A model generated the notes under the pieces. It saw only the letters and a program-made list of their open reading frames with translations. It did not search any database and had not been told where the DNA came from. A stretch of 64,000 nucleotides of DNA, from IMG/VR virus record IMGVR_UViG_3300045988_103705. One strand, written 5' to 3'. Shown here in pieces: positions 51,466 to 61,820 of the stretch (its first letter is position 1; each line of letters starts with the position of its first letter). The DNA is from a virus. The translations under genes were made by a program, and so were the position numbers.

Positions 51466-51573
51466 GAGGTTTTTGAAAGATTTTTGAGAAATTCGCTGTC
51501 ACTGTCTGCCGTTCGTCTCTCTCACTTTCTGAATGTATTTTACCACAAGCAAAAGCAGATTGCAAGCGTCAAA

Positions 51574-51651
51574 TTGCACAAAAAATCGGAATTTTGGGAG
51601 AGAGTTTTTGTGCAAAATTCTGCACAAAAACGGGACGAAATTTTTGTGCAA
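51574..51651. promoter_or_regulatory. two adjacent palindromic operators (four TTGCACAA/TTGTGCAA half-sites)
   Basis: ttgcacaa (51574), ttgtgcaa (51608), ctgcacaa (51620), ttgtgcaa (51644); GC hairpin 51664-51698. Confidence 0.55.
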
Positions 51652-51955
51652 CATTACCATTGAAAAATTCGGCCCGCGTCAGCCATCCGCGGGCCGTCGA
51701 CCTTTTAGATATAAAAAAAAATAAGAGGGCTGTAAAGCCCTCTTAAATATCAATCATATAACTATAAACCATATCCCAAAGCGGCATATCATCCAGAAGG
51801 ATATTTACAGTCAAAAGTCCGGTTTCTGTCGGCCCATCAACAAACCATCCCAGCCGCTGCGTAAGGTGAATAACCTCATAGACATAATCGGGGTCAAGAT
51901 GGTTAGTGGTAAACTGTCTTGAAAACATTTCTTTTCCTTTCTATCGGGCGGGGCT

Positions 51956-52747
51956 TTAAGCCCCTACCCGAATTGTCGGATTATTTTTCAAACTTGCGGA
52001 AAGTTGACGCTGAAAATCTGTCATAGGCGGAAACTCTCTTTTATTCTCATACAGGGCCTTTCTCATGGGCTTATGCTGACGCATACAATACCACATGATT
52101 TCCGCCTCAATCAGAACATCCTCAAGCCCCGTATGACTTTCTTCAAAATCGGTATTGCCAGAGATAAACCGCCACACGATTTCCGCAGTCTTGCGGGGGA
52201 CACCATTAGCCTGGACATATCCGTTTTCCTGACAGAATTTCTTATAAGTGGGCATATTGCAGATAACATCCTGTGTCATCTTCATAATATCCCAAATCTC
52301 CACGCTGTCAAATGGGAACCAATAACGCCACTTGGAGTAGGTCACATAACGCTGTGTAACTCTCAAGGCATTATCGTCAAATCTGGCATTATAAGCCGCA
52401 ACTTCCTTAATGCCGTATCGCTCAATGGTATTGAGCATAGCTTGGCGGATTTCATAAGTGGTAGCCATTTTACGAGTGCCGGCCCGCAGTTCCTCAATAT
52501 AGCGTGGAATTTTCCAATTATAATAAGCAGTCCGCATGAGATCCCGCTCATCGTTGAAAATGTCCCTATTTACAAAACTGGCAGTTTCATAAATATTGCC
52601 CTTGGTATCCACTACCGCCCATCCGCAATCATAGACAAGAACGCAACTCATATCCATGCGGGCTTTGCCGTTTTCGTCAGTTTCAGTCAGTGTGTTAGCA
52701 GTTTCAGTATCAACCACCAAAACATAGTGTCTACGCTTATCAATCAT
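51956..52747 (-). CDS. DEDDh 3'-5' exonuclease (DnaQ-like)
   Basis: VVDTETAN exo I; H-x4-D (HTGLEDV). Confidence 0.55.
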   Translation of the reverse strand: MIDKRRHYVLVVDTETANTLTETDENGKARMDMSCVLVYDCGWAVVDTKGNIYETASFVNRDIFNDERDLMRTAYYNWKIPRYIEELRAGTRKMATTYEIRQAMLNTIERYGIKEVAAYNARFDDNALRVTQRYVTYSKWRYWFPFDSVEIWDIMKMTQDVICNMPTYKKFCQENGYVQANGVPRKTAEIVWRFISGNTDFEESHTGLEDVLIEAEIMWYCMRQHKPMRKALYENKREFPPMTDFQRQLSASLKNNPTIRVGA

Positions 52748-52779
52748 AATCTTTGACTTCCTTTCCTCTTGTTGAGTTT

Positions 52780-52808
52780 ATTATAGCACATATCATGCTT
52801 GATGTCAA
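52780..52808 (-). promoter_or_regulatory. sigma-70 consensus promoter TTGACA-N17-TATAAT
   Basis: minus-strand CCTCTTGACAtcaagcatgatatgtgcTATAAT upstream of the exonuclease gene. Confidence 0.6.
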
Positions 52809-53012
52809 GAGGAAAAGGAAATTTTTATTGCGATTTACTGCAAGCTACTGGGCATTAGAACGGCCTATTCTAACGGCGTTCACTCGACTTACGACACAAT
52901 ATAAATTTACTTCCTTTACTTTCTAAGAGTTCGCGACCTCTTGATTTCTTGGCCTTCCCCTCTTGACAAATATATAATACCATACTTTCGGGATAATTAC
53001 AAGATGGCAAAT

Positions 53013-53043
53013 TGCACAAAATTTGCAAGCCAAAATTGTGCAA
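53013..53043. promoter_or_regulatory. palindromic operator TTGCACAA-N15-TTGTGCAA (perfect 8-bp inverted repeat)
   Basis: ttgcacaaaatttgcaagccaaaattgtgcaa; GC hairpin 53062-53095; terminator hairpin 53115-53137. Confidence 0.6.
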
Positions 53044-53363
53044 CATCGACAAAAACAAAAACTCGGCTCGCCGCGTGCGCCAGCGAGCCGCCCAAACGAT
53101 ATTAAAGAGTAAAAATAAGAGGGCCGAAGCCCTCTTAATATCCAAGATATTCTTTATTGATAATCTCGTCAAGCCAATAGCTCAAATCTTCAAGCGAAAT
53201 ATCGTCATCAATTTCATTGTCGGCCATAACCTGATCAATTTGACCAATGAGAATGGACGCATTTTTCAATACTTGTCGCTCTTCCTCGCTGAGGATAAGC
53301 CTATTAACCTTTCTAATCTTCATTTACAAAACTTCCTTTCTTATTTTAAGATTGACTGGTGGA

Positions 53364-53828
53364 TTACTCTACCAGTCGCCATAAGGCCGTAGGTAAATCT
53401 TCATGTGGCTCGATTGTTTCCCCTAAATGCCAGCCATCCCGCACACTTTTATTATCATCAATCAAAATGAAATTGCTAATTCCCGGCTCAAAGTGTTTCC
53501 GCACACAATTTGCTTTTGTTGTGCCATATTCCACAAGGTGGACTTTATGTGCGGGGAAGTTGTATTTTGCAAGCCAAGTGCGCTTTGCGTCACGAACAGC
53601 AGTTTTATATGAGTTAGAACTGTCTTTTGCAAGCCAACTGATAACCCGAATTTCCCAGCCCTGCTCAATGAGTTTATTAAGAACGGTATTCAATTCTTCC
53701 ATATCGCAAAGAGGTTTGGCGACTGTATATGGATAGGGATTTTCATTCATTAAATCTTTTAACCAATCATCCACGCCGTACAGGTCAGCGATTGTTCCAT
53801 CCATATCAAAGCAGAGCATCTTTTTCAT
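53364..53828 (-). CDS. HAD-family hydrolase (5'(3')-deoxyribonucleotidase-like)
   Basis: CFDMDGTI motif I; 154 aa. Confidence 0.6.
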   Translation of the reverse strand: MKKMLCFDMDGTIADLYGVDDWLKDLMNENPYPYTVAKPLCDMEELNTVLNKLIEQGWEIRVISWLAKDSSNSYKTAVRDAKRTWLAKYNFPAHKVHLVEYGTTKANCVRKHFEPGISNFILIDDNKSVRDGWHLGETIEPHEDLPTALWRLVE

Positions 53829-53897
53829 TTTGATTTACTTCCTTTCTTTAGGTTGATTAAAGTATATCAGATTTCGGGATAGAAAACAAGAGGCAAA

Positions 53898-53929
53898 CTG
53901 CACAAAATTTCGGCTGGAAAATTGTGCAA
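53898..53929. promoter_or_regulatory. palindromic operator CTGCACAA-N16-TTGTGCAA
   Basis: ctgcacaaaatttcggctggaaaattgtgcaa; GC hairpin 53950-53983. Confidence 0.55.
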
Positions 53930-54027
53930 CTTCTACAAAAGAGAAAATTCGGCGCGCCACGCACGTTAGCGCGCCGCCGAGAAGCCTATTCAAAAAATGG
54001 GATAAAAAAGAGGGCCGAAGCCCTCTT

Positions 54028-54489
54028 TTAACTTTCACATATATTTGCAAGAAATCTTGCAGAAAGTTTAACCATGTCATGGACAGATTCTTCGTTATTG
54101 CTATTTTTATAGCAAATAAAACCAACCTGGTCGCCATTCACAAGAATTGGTGTAATAAACATACTTTCCCATTTTGTCGCCGAACTGCGAATATCAATCC
54201 AGTCATCGGGAACTCTTGTAATTCCAAAGGAACGCGGCCCGCATAAAATTCCATCATTGTCAAAAATAGCCGCGGCGATTCCGTTAGATGAAAGGGCATT
54301 TTGCATTTGTTTAGCGTAAGAGGAAAATTCTCCCATTATAGAATATTTCTTAAAAACTACGCCGCCATCTTCTTCAAGAAAAATCTCTAATGGGTCGCCT
54401 TCTCTAATATGAAGGTTTCTACGGATTTCCTTTGGAATTACTATCCGGCCCAAATCATCAATACGGCGCACAATTCCAGTAGCTTTCAT
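54028..54489 (-). CDS. SpoVT/AbrB-family transcriptional regulator (swapped-hairpin N-domain plus C-terminal sensor-like domain)
   Basis: GIVRRIDDLGRIVIPKEIRRNL. Confidence 0.6.
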   Translation of the reverse strand: MKATGIVRRIDDLGRIVIPKEIRRNLHIREGDPLEIFLEEDGGVVFKKYSIMGEFSSYAKQMQNALSSNGIAAAIFDNDGILCGPRSFGITRVPDDWIDIRSSATKWESMFITPILVNGDQVGFICYKNSNNEESVHDMVKLSARFLANICES

Positions 54490-54541
54490 TTTTATCTGCG
54501 GGAGTGCAAGATTTATAGTCTTGCACTCCCTTCCTCCCTTC

Positions 54542-54934
54542 TTAATCCAGTTCTTTCAACATCCGTTCGAGGTCAGCTTTAGTACTACCCAACTCAAGCG
54601 TAAGAATAATTTCCGTTACGGTATTTTTCTCCCAGTCGCTAACTTCCCGCATGGCCTTTTTCTTCTCGTTCTCCATAGCGGGGTAAATACAATCCTGGCA
54701 AGCCTCTACCAGCCGGTCATTATATCTGCGGAAACTCATCCCCTTGTTTTTAACCTCCGAAAGAAGTTCGTCGTTAAGGGCTTTTACCGCCTGCTTAACT
54801 TTCTCCTGCATGATTTTACACTCTGTCTCATAAGCGGAAAAGGTTTCATGGACAGCCTGCCTCTTGATTTCAGCCTTTACTCCAACTTCCTTTTCAATAT
54901 ACTCCCGAACAACCTTACTAACACGCATTTCCAA
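54542..54934 (-). CDS. hypothetical protein
   Basis: 130 aa; sigma-70-type promoter TTGACA-N17-TACAAT at 54991-55019. Confidence 0.4.
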   Translation of the reverse strand: MEMRVSKVVREYIEKEVGVKAEIKRQAVHETFSAYETECKIMQEKVKQAVKALNDELLSEVKNKGMSFRRYNDRLVEACQDCIYPAMENEKKKAMREVSDWEKNTVTEIILTLELGSTKADLERMLKELD

Positions 54935-55172
54935 AACTTCCTTTCTTAATTTTAATTTTTATTTATCGGGGTCGCCCCTTCCATGGTCTTATTGTACCAT
55001 AATTGGGGCGATTTGTCAACCCCTTACATCAAAGTTTTTGCAAGATACGCAAATATTAAAATCTCCGCCGCAAACATGATTTCAAGTCCTATGCAATCTC
55101 TTTCAATAGCGGCTACAAATTGCCATACCAGACATAGAACAAAAGCAATCAGAATTATCATGGTAAAAGTTG

Positions 55173-55508
55173 TCATATACTCACCCCCGCAAAGGAAACT
55201 TCCGCAAAGTTGATATTGAAACGCTCCCATTCACTTTCCATACCTAACATCATATCATGGAAAAGGTCATCACGATTTTCATATCCATCTTCTTCCAGAA
55301 TAGCCTCCCATTCTCCATCGTCATATTGATTTTCCAGATAATCCAAAGCAGACTTGCGGGCGGCGATGGTATTAGACGCTACGCAGATAGGTTTATCGTC
55401 GTATCCGTCCGTGACCAAAATCATTTTCTTTTCTTCCATGATTTTTTCTTTCCTTTCTTTCGAGGTGTTTCTGTCTCCCTCTTTCTGATAATAATATACC
55501 ACAGGCAA
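55173..55508 (-). CDS. hypothetical acidic protein
   Basis: 111 aa. Confidence 0.35.
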   Translation of the reverse strand: MPVVYYYQKEGDRNTSKERKEKIMEEKKMILVTDGYDDKPICVASNTIAARKSALDYLENQYDDGEWEAILEEDGYENRDDLFHDMMLGMESEWERFNINFAEVSFAGVSI

Positions 55509-55550
55509 AGCAGAAAGTCAAGCGATTTTAGGAAAAAATCTTTCGTCAGA

Positions 55551-55582
55551 TTGCACAACAATTCGAGCCTAAAATTGTGCAA
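55551..55582. promoter_or_regulatory. palindromic operator TTGCACAA-N16-TTGTGCAA
   Basis: ttgcacaacaattcgagcctaaaattgtgcaa; GC hairpin 55596-55632. Confidence 0.55.
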
Positions 55583-56354
55583 ATTGCCTCTTGATAAAAA
55601 ATTCCGGCCGCGCCTGTGGTGCACGGCCGGGCGAACGAATAAAAAAAAAGAACCTCCTGAATTTCAGGAGGTCATTAATTTCTGCATACCAACAACTCCC
55701 TTTCTTTTGAGAAGTCAATCGGCATTTTCAACAATCTTTAATCCGTTTGCTTGGATAATTTTCATAGCTTCTTCAAGCGAGGAATCAACCGATCCGCAGT
55801 CAATACAGATATATTTTCTACCATCTTTTACCATAGTAGTAAAATAGTATTCCTAACCGGAAGTAAGTCCCATTTGTTCACGCAAGCGAATCGGAATCAT
55901 AATTCTACCACTTGAATCTAATTTGCGAGAGAAAGTAGTTTCTTGCATTTTGATAAATAAATTCTAGTGACCTAGGCTCGTGCGAAAAACGACTCCATCA
56001 CGGGAATCGCCGATTTAGAACAATCGGAAGGAACATTTACCACTCGCAAGGCATTTTCTGGCAGAACTGAGACATAGGACAATTTTTACAAGAATCCTAG
56101 TTCAAACAGAACTCCAAAATAACCGCGAGTGCTTTCAGCACTTCTAAGGTCATTAGAAAAACTCCTTTCTTTATTTTTCTATAATTATTATAATATATTT
56201 TTTTGAAAAAATCAATAGGGCCGGCATTACGCCAGCCCTAATCTCTGCAACCAAACCAGATGGTATTTACCAATGTGAAGTAGAACTGTGCCATATCCCT
56301 TATCCGTCCAGACAGTGGAGCCGATAGGATATGTGTGCGGTAAACGCTCAATAC

Positions 56355-56570
56355 TCACTTTAGTTCCACCTCCTCGAAAGCTCCAATTTTTAGCAGATAA
56401 TTATATAAGGCTCTATCTTGCTTGTCGCCGGTATTAAAATCAAGTGTACGAACACAGCCGGTAACATTGGAATTGAGAGGATGACCCAAACACCAGCCAG
56501 CCATATTACAAATTGTGTTTCCAAACTCCACAGACTTTTCTGCACTTTCAAATTTAATAACAGCAATCAT
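56355..56570 (-). CDS. hypothetical protein
   Basis: 71 aa. Confidence 0.3.
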   Translation of the reverse strand: MIAVIKFESAEKSVEFGNTICNMAGWCLGHPLNSNVTGCVRTLDFNTGDKQDRALYNYLLKIGAFEEVELK

Positions 56571-56632
56571 ATTTATTCCTCCTTTTTATCGTGGGGAGTA
56601 GAGGTTTGTGGCCTCCACTCCCGCAAGTTTTC

Positions 56633-56872
56633 TTAACCATCTACATAAATGATTAAATTGTTATCTCTTGCCTCAATGCCGGTTACCTGAAGTCCCATCA
56701 CCCATTCCTTAGATACCTCGATTACGTCTCCTCCCAGAGTTATTCTACCATCAGGTAATTCATGGTAATGAGCTTGGGTATTCTTATTGATAATTTCGAA
56801 TCCCTCCCCGTCAAAGAACATAGTATCTTCTGCAAGCGGAGAAAGTAACCAAGCAACCATATCTAAAGTCAT
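56633..56872 (-). CDS. hypothetical protein
   Basis: 79 aa; promoter TTGACA-N17-TATTAT about 56905-56933 on the minus strand. Confidence 0.35.
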   Translation of the reverse strand: MTLDMVAWLLSPLAEDTMFFDGEGFEIINKNTQAHYHELPDGRITLGGDVIEVSKEWVMGLQVTGIEARDNNLIIYVDG

Positions 56873-56982
56873 TTTTTTTACTTCCTTTCAAATTCTTTTT
56901 GTGGCCTGTCCCTTTGGACAAGTATATAATAACACATGGCAAAAGGAATGTCAAGTAATTTCGGGAGAAAAACTTTCGTCGA

Positions 56983-57014
56983 ATTGCACAGACTTTCGGT
57001 CATATAATTGTTGA
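56983..57014. promoter_or_regulatory. palindromic operator TTGCACAG-N16-TTGTTGAA
   Basis: GC hairpin gggccgcggcgcacgctggcggcccgg at 57037-57070. Confidence 0.5.
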
Positions 57015-57139
57015 AATTGCCGAATAAATAAAAATTCGGGCCGCGGCGCACGCTGGCGGCCCGGCGAAAAGTCAATATGGAAAAGTGCATAAAAATGACT
57101 GGCAATCTTTGTGCAGATTGCCAGTCAAGTATTATTCCT

Positions 57140-57373
57140 TTACAGCTCCATGGTTTCCATGAGATAGCCCGTACCCATCGGCACCTCCCGCAGATTGCTG
57201 GGACTTATACGCAACTTATATTTCCTATTGATTTTATTCGCCGCACTTGTCTTATCTCTTGCTTGGACAATTACTGGTATATGGAGTTTATTCAGAGTGG
57301 GCTTATTAAGACTGAAATATCCCATCTCTCTACGCTTGCGACCCATGGCGTCGATATAAGTTCCTCTATACAT
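57140..57373 (-). CDS. hypothetical basic protein
   Basis: 77 aa. Confidence 0.3.
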   Translation of the reverse strand: MYRGTYIDAMGRKRREMGYFSLNKPTLNKLHIPVIVQARDKTSAANKINRKYKLRISPSNLREVPMGTGYLMETMEL

Positions 57374-57528
57374 TTTTTTCTCCTATTATTTAGTCATGAG
57401 AACAAACATATTATATTCGCTGTGCTGTGGGTTTGGCTCACAGTTATCCGCCACTATATCAGCCCAACTAAGGACTGTCCAGAGTAGGAGAGCGGCACAA
57501 AGGCCGCCTCCTATCCGCTTAATAATTC

Positions 57529-57825
57529 TCATACTTTTGCCTCCTGTTCTTTAACCCATTCAATACCGATTGTGTCTTTCTCCATAGCCACTTTATATTC
57601 TTCTCTGCTTGCGGGTCTAGTATGCAGATTGCTATTGATAAACTTGCGGTTGATATATGCCCAATGTGGCATATAGGCTACTCTGATAGCATTAAAAGCA
57701 TTTAAGTCCAAAATAATGCCATCTTCCACCTCTGCGGCTTCGACATTCATCTTATAGCGCAAGAGCTTAATAAAATCTCTTTTCCTAAACATAGGCCCAA
57801 CGAACCACTTAATATAATTGTTCAT
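57529..57825 (-). CDS. hypothetical protein
   Basis: 98 aa. Confidence 0.35.
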   Translation of the reverse strand: MNNYIKWFVGPMFRKRDFIKLLRYKMNVEAAEVEDGIILDLNAFNAIRVAYMPHWAYINRKFINSNLHTRPASREEYKVAMEKDTIGIEWVKEQEAKV

Positions 57826-58093
57826 AGTCTTTTATCCTTTCTCCCCGTATAGCCGTTAGGTCAGCTTCTTTTTAATCTACGATTTCTCCACTGGATAAAT
57901 CTACAATCCAATGATTGGGATTGACTATCTCGTGACTGGCTTTCCATCTTGCCATTGAAAGGGTGGATGGTTCATAATAGCGCATTTTCTCATTGGCTAA
58001 AACCTGTAATTGATACATATAGTATACCCCTTTCTTTTAATCATTATAAACCCCGCCTTGCCTTGTGTTTTGCAAGGCGGGGTTTATAAACTA

Positions 58094-58528
58094 TTATCCT
58101 CTAATCTCTTCTTCTTGGGTCTTTGTCGCCCAATCAAAAGAGGTACGAATATCGGAAGGTCTGCGGAATTGCTCTGCTTCGGCCTCTGTTCCACCTAATG
58201 CCATAGCATAGGCTTTCCAGTCAACCGTTCCTTTTGCGGTAGTTTCTTTATATACTACCGCTTTCGCCTTACCCTGCATTTGTACCGTGCCATATAGATA
58301 ACTTGTTTTGTCCGTAGCCTTAAAAGCCTTTCCTAATCTGGAAAATAACTCTTTAGCCTTGGCCTTAGCCGCTTTTTCCGCCGCATCCGCCGCAGACTTA
58401 GCCATCTTAGCGGCCATATACTCCATGATAATGGCTCGATCTTCATTGGTAAAATCAATCTTTTTCATACTCTTTTGACTCCCTTTCTTTTTGTGGTGTT
58501 GGCTTTCGCTCTGTCTGTATTGTATCAA
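58094..58528 (-). CDS. hypothetical protein
   Basis: 144 aa Ala/Lys-rich. Confidence 0.35.
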   Translation of the reverse strand: MIQYRQSESQHHKKKGSQKSMKKIDFTNEDRAIIMEYMAAKMAKSAADAAEKAAKAKAKELFSRLGKAFKATDKTSYLYGTVQMQGKAKAVVYKETTAKGTVDWKAYAMALGGTEAEAEQFRRPSDIRTSFDWATKTQEEEIRG

Positions 58529-59061
58529 ACCTTTAGCAGTTTGTCAATACCTTTTTGAAATTTTTTAATTTTCAAAGTGCCGTGCTTTTGTCTCTGTCCT
58601 ACTGGACAAGTCCAGTTTACTACCAAAACGCCCACTTGTCAATAGTTTTTTTGAAATTTCTTTCTCTCTCTTTTGCACAAAATAAATAGCGTCTTGTTGT
58701 GCAGTTTGCACAAATCCTTTACGCGCGTATTCCTTTAGGGGCGTGCTTTCTTGCTTTCGTACTTTAGCGAGTGAAAGAGGCTGTCTACACTTCAATACTT
58801 TACCATGTGAAAGAGGGGCGTGTATTTTGGGAAAAACTGGAAATTTTTTGGTGAAATCGTTCTGCCACGCCATTTCAAAATCTAAATCGACTTTTCAATC
58901 TCAATAACGAAAAAGAGAGAAGAACTTACTTCTTCTCTCCGCATTTACACTTCTTCTTTAAATTATATATAATATGATCTTCCACTTTGTAAATTGGATA
59001 TAATTCTCCACAGACTGCGCATATATTATAATAATGCTTGCCGTCAAACCATACTAATACT

Positions 59062-59334
59062 TTATCCATCGTCGGTTGCCTCAAAACTAAAAATCAAATT
59101 ATATCCATCCTCAGTTTCTATCGTTTCATATCCTTTTAAGATATATCCATTCTCTAGTTTAATATTAATCGCATCAGATCTCCACATTGTAGGAATATAC
59201 TCTAGCCTTGGATAACGATTGTTCTCCTCCACGCAAGCAGTTAACAACAGTACGATTAATACTATGTTAATTATAAAGCTGATACTTCTTCCCAATTTTG
59301 TCAATCTCTTCCGCCTCCATTGGCCTAAATCCAA
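59062..59334 (-). CDS. small membrane/lipoprotein-like protein
   Basis: N-terminal hydrophobic segment followed by Cys. Confidence 0.35.
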   Translation of the reverse strand: MDLGQWRRKRLTKLGRSISFIINIVLIVLLLTACVEENNRYPRLEYIPTMWRSDAINIKLENGYILKGYETIETEDGYNLIFSFEATDDG

Positions 59335-59704
59335 TACACGTCAAAGTCCCTTCCGGGCCTTCGCGCTCTAACTCTGTCCTACAGGAATCGTAAATAAGCC
59401 AGTAGTCTTTATCCTCTTCCCATCCCAATTCTTTAGCCATTGCAACAGCTTTTAGCAAATCATTCTTATTCTTCGCTCTACAAACTACTTTGGTCTCCGC
59501 TTCCGCTATCCAGTTATGGAATAAGTCTCTATCGAGACTTATTCCTATATGATACATAAGACCGTCTCTTTCTTCAACGATTTCTTTGCCTCCCCAATAT
59601 AACTTCTCCAAAAGGAAAGCAATAGAAGCATGAGAAACTTGCGCGGCAAGTTTCCCTGGAGACATATTTAAATCTCGTCTTGCGATAATTAATTGCTTGA
59701 ACAT
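59267..59704 (-). CDS. peptidyl-tRNA hydrolase, PTH2 family
   Basis: QLIIARRDLNMSPGKLAAQVSHAS resembles the Pth2 VRTDL.MG.GKIAAQCSHA signature. Confidence 0.6.
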   Translation of the reverse strand: MFKQLIIARRDLNMSPGKLAAQVSHASIAFLLEKLYWGGKEIVEERDGLMYHIGISLDRDLFHNWIAEAETKVVCRAKNKNDLLKAVAMAKELGWEEDKDYWLIYDSCRTELEREGPEGTLTCIGFRPMEAEEIDKIGKKYQLYN

Positions 59705-60456
59705 TTTTCCAAAACCTCCAAGAAAGCTCTAAAATTGCGGGAATTGCGGCCTGGAATTGCAAAATAGATATTTGGAATATTATAATTGCGGGCTGCGTTT
59801 ACGAGCAAGGTAGCGACCGTTGATGGATCTTGCATAAAAACACCACAACCCCAGGCTCCCGCGATTAAATTTTCCACTCCCTTAGCCTCGGCAATTCGAT
59901 ACATAAAATTAATTCTCTCTTCCATTATCCTATTGTTTAGAGAAAGAGGAACTTGCTGATAAGTATGTGCTGTTCTATAATTAGGAGAAGCACAAGTAAT
60001 TACATCAGCTAATTTTCTACTATTGTCTTTTTCAAAGACTACATCAGGAGTATAGATAGCTCTATCAAGATATAGGGCTCGATTCAGTCTCTGTCTATTC
60101 CATGCGTAATAAGTATCATCAAAAGCAAGAAGAATAGGATAAAGGTTGCTTTCATGACACAATGCCTCTTCTTGTGCAGAGCTACCTCCAAGGAAATAAC
60201 CACCTGGATGTTTATAGCTTGCATAATTTAAGATCGCAGTCTTGCTCCGATCGGTTAAACCGAATAGACAGGATACGCTATCTTGGTCTTTAAGATAAAA
60301 GGTATTATGGTAGGTTTCTTGCGGTTTTGGCGGAAAAGGAAGATTGGGGCCAAAAATTTCAGAGTTTATAATTGCGCGATCTGTATCTTCCTTGAGTCTC
60401 ACTTTAATGTCTGCGTAATGCGATTGCGCGTGTTGTTTGAGCTCTTCTCGTTTCAT
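59689..60456 (-). CDS. microbial PARG-like macrodomain protein (ADP-ribose glycohydrolase family)
   Basis: GGYFLGGSSAQEE (GGG-x6-8-QEE catalytic signature) and AGAWGCGVF. Confidence 0.55.
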   Translation of the reverse strand: MKREELKQHAQSHYADIKVRLKEDTDRAIINSEIFGPNLPFPPKPQETYHNTFYLKDQDSVSCLFGLTDRSKTAILNYASYKHPGGYFLGGSSAQEEALCHESNLYPILLAFDDTYYAWNRQRLNRALYLDRAIYTPDVVFEKDNSRKLADVITCASPNYRTAHTYQQVPLSLNNRIMEERINFMYRIAEAKGVENLIAGAWGCGVFMQDPSTVATLLVNAARNYNIPNIYFAIPGRNSRNFRAFLEVLEKCSSN

Positions 60457-60681
60457 TTGCAGTTTCCTTTCTTCTGTGCGGTTGGGCAGAAGTGGATAAT
60501 TTAATTATCCCAATCTTCAAATAAAGTGTGTAAACTATTTGTTTCTGCCGCTAGCTTCTTTAAATATTCTCTTAATATTTTATTTTCTTTAACTTTAATT
60601 GCATAATCGCAAGTATTGTCACAGTCTGATGTGTACTACCGACCGAATCTATTATAACAATAATCAATGCAAGGACACATT

Positions 60682-61035
60682 TTACTCATATTTACACCTA
60701 TTCATTCTACAGTCTATTGTACATTGCCCTGATGCTCCCTCACAAGGAATAGCATCAGGATAGTGTTCGAAATAAGACGAGGTTAATAGAACTTCATATC
60801 CAAGTTCCCGCAGTATTCTTTCTGCGACATATCTATCTCTTAATTTAATCCATTCTTCTCTATTTACTTTTGTTTCTTCATATATTTTTCGAGATTCTTC
60901 CATATCTATTGTTATGATACCATCGGTGTTAGTTTTAAATACTGAAGGACTTTGTGTATGATAAAATTTTCGAAAGGGATTGTTAATATGAAGAACTTCT
61001 TCAGCATATTTGTCAAAATCTCCCGAAAATTTCAT
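60682..61035 (-). CDS. hypothetical protein
   Basis: probable start at MKFSGDFDKY; the longer track ORF overlaps FolD. Confidence 0.3.
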   Translation of the reverse strand: MKFSGDFDKYAEEVLHINNPFRKFYHTQSPSVFKTNTDGIITIDMEESRKIYEETKVNREEWIKLRDRYVAERILRELGYEVLLTSSYFEHYPDAIPCEGASGQCTIDCRMNRCKYE

Positions 61036-61058
61036 TATCTTTGCGCCTGTTTCGCTAA

Positions 61059-61820
61059 CTATAAACAATTTTTCATCAACCCCAATCTTGTTAATAGACC
61101 TACTCCTCCGGGGACAGGAGTTGACCATACATTATTTCTTTTTGCAATTTCATCAATTTCTACAAAGTCTCCAAGAATAATTCCTGCTTCATTTCTGCGA
61201 ATACCAACATCTATAACAATAGCGTTAGGACAGGCTTCTCTTGTTAAGCTAAATTTTCCTACCGCAGAGACAATTAAATCTGCTTGCCTTGTTAAATAGA
61301 GTTTTGTATTTATATCTGTTTTGCTATGACATACTGATACGGTCATATTTCTATCCAGTAGAGCTTTAGCCATTGGCTTTCCTACAATATCGCTTCTTCC
61401 CAAAATAACAGCAGATTTACCTTCGTAGTTAAAACCACATTCATCCAAATAGTCTATAATTCCTCTTACTGTTGCTGGAGTAATATTGCTCATAGGATTT
61501 AAACCATCCGCATCTTTAGAGATAGGTATTTGACTATAATTGAAATCAATTCCATTTGCTACTGGCATTTGAACTATTACCGCATCCCAGTCTTTCGCAT
61601 GGCCTAAGAGTAATCTTAACTCTACTGAACTATTCGCTCTAAACACTTCTGCTTCCCAACCAAGAGCATTAAAGTCTTTTATTTTATTACGAATATAAAT
61701 TTGATTTGCGGGATCCTAGGCTGTTGCGTCGATAATCATGAGTGATGGAACATTACCACTAATCTCCCGCAATTTGTTTACCTATTGTTGAAAATATTCT
61801 TTTATATTAATCTATTGCAT
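61059..61820 (-). CDS. folD: bifunctional methylene-THF dehydrogenase/cyclohydrolase FolD, TAG-recoded
   Basis: C-terminal half VILGRSDIVGKPMA...VSVCHSKT...LIVSAVGK...IVIDVGI...TPVPGGVGLLT; the N-terminal half continues upstream through at least two in-frame TAG (DATA(Q)DPANQIYIRNKIK); start uncertain. Confidence 0.55.

Noticed and set aside
52870-53172. track ORFs 52870..53172 and 58565..58873
   Set aside because: They span the operator, GC-hairpin and terminator repeats and have no ribosome-binding site. They are intergenic regulatory sequence read in a stop-free frame.
53860-56940. TCCCGAAA motif near several promoters as a phage sigma-factor box
   Set aside because: Its position relative to the -10 and -35 elements is inconsistent between copies. 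It is probably part of the spacer or operator context.
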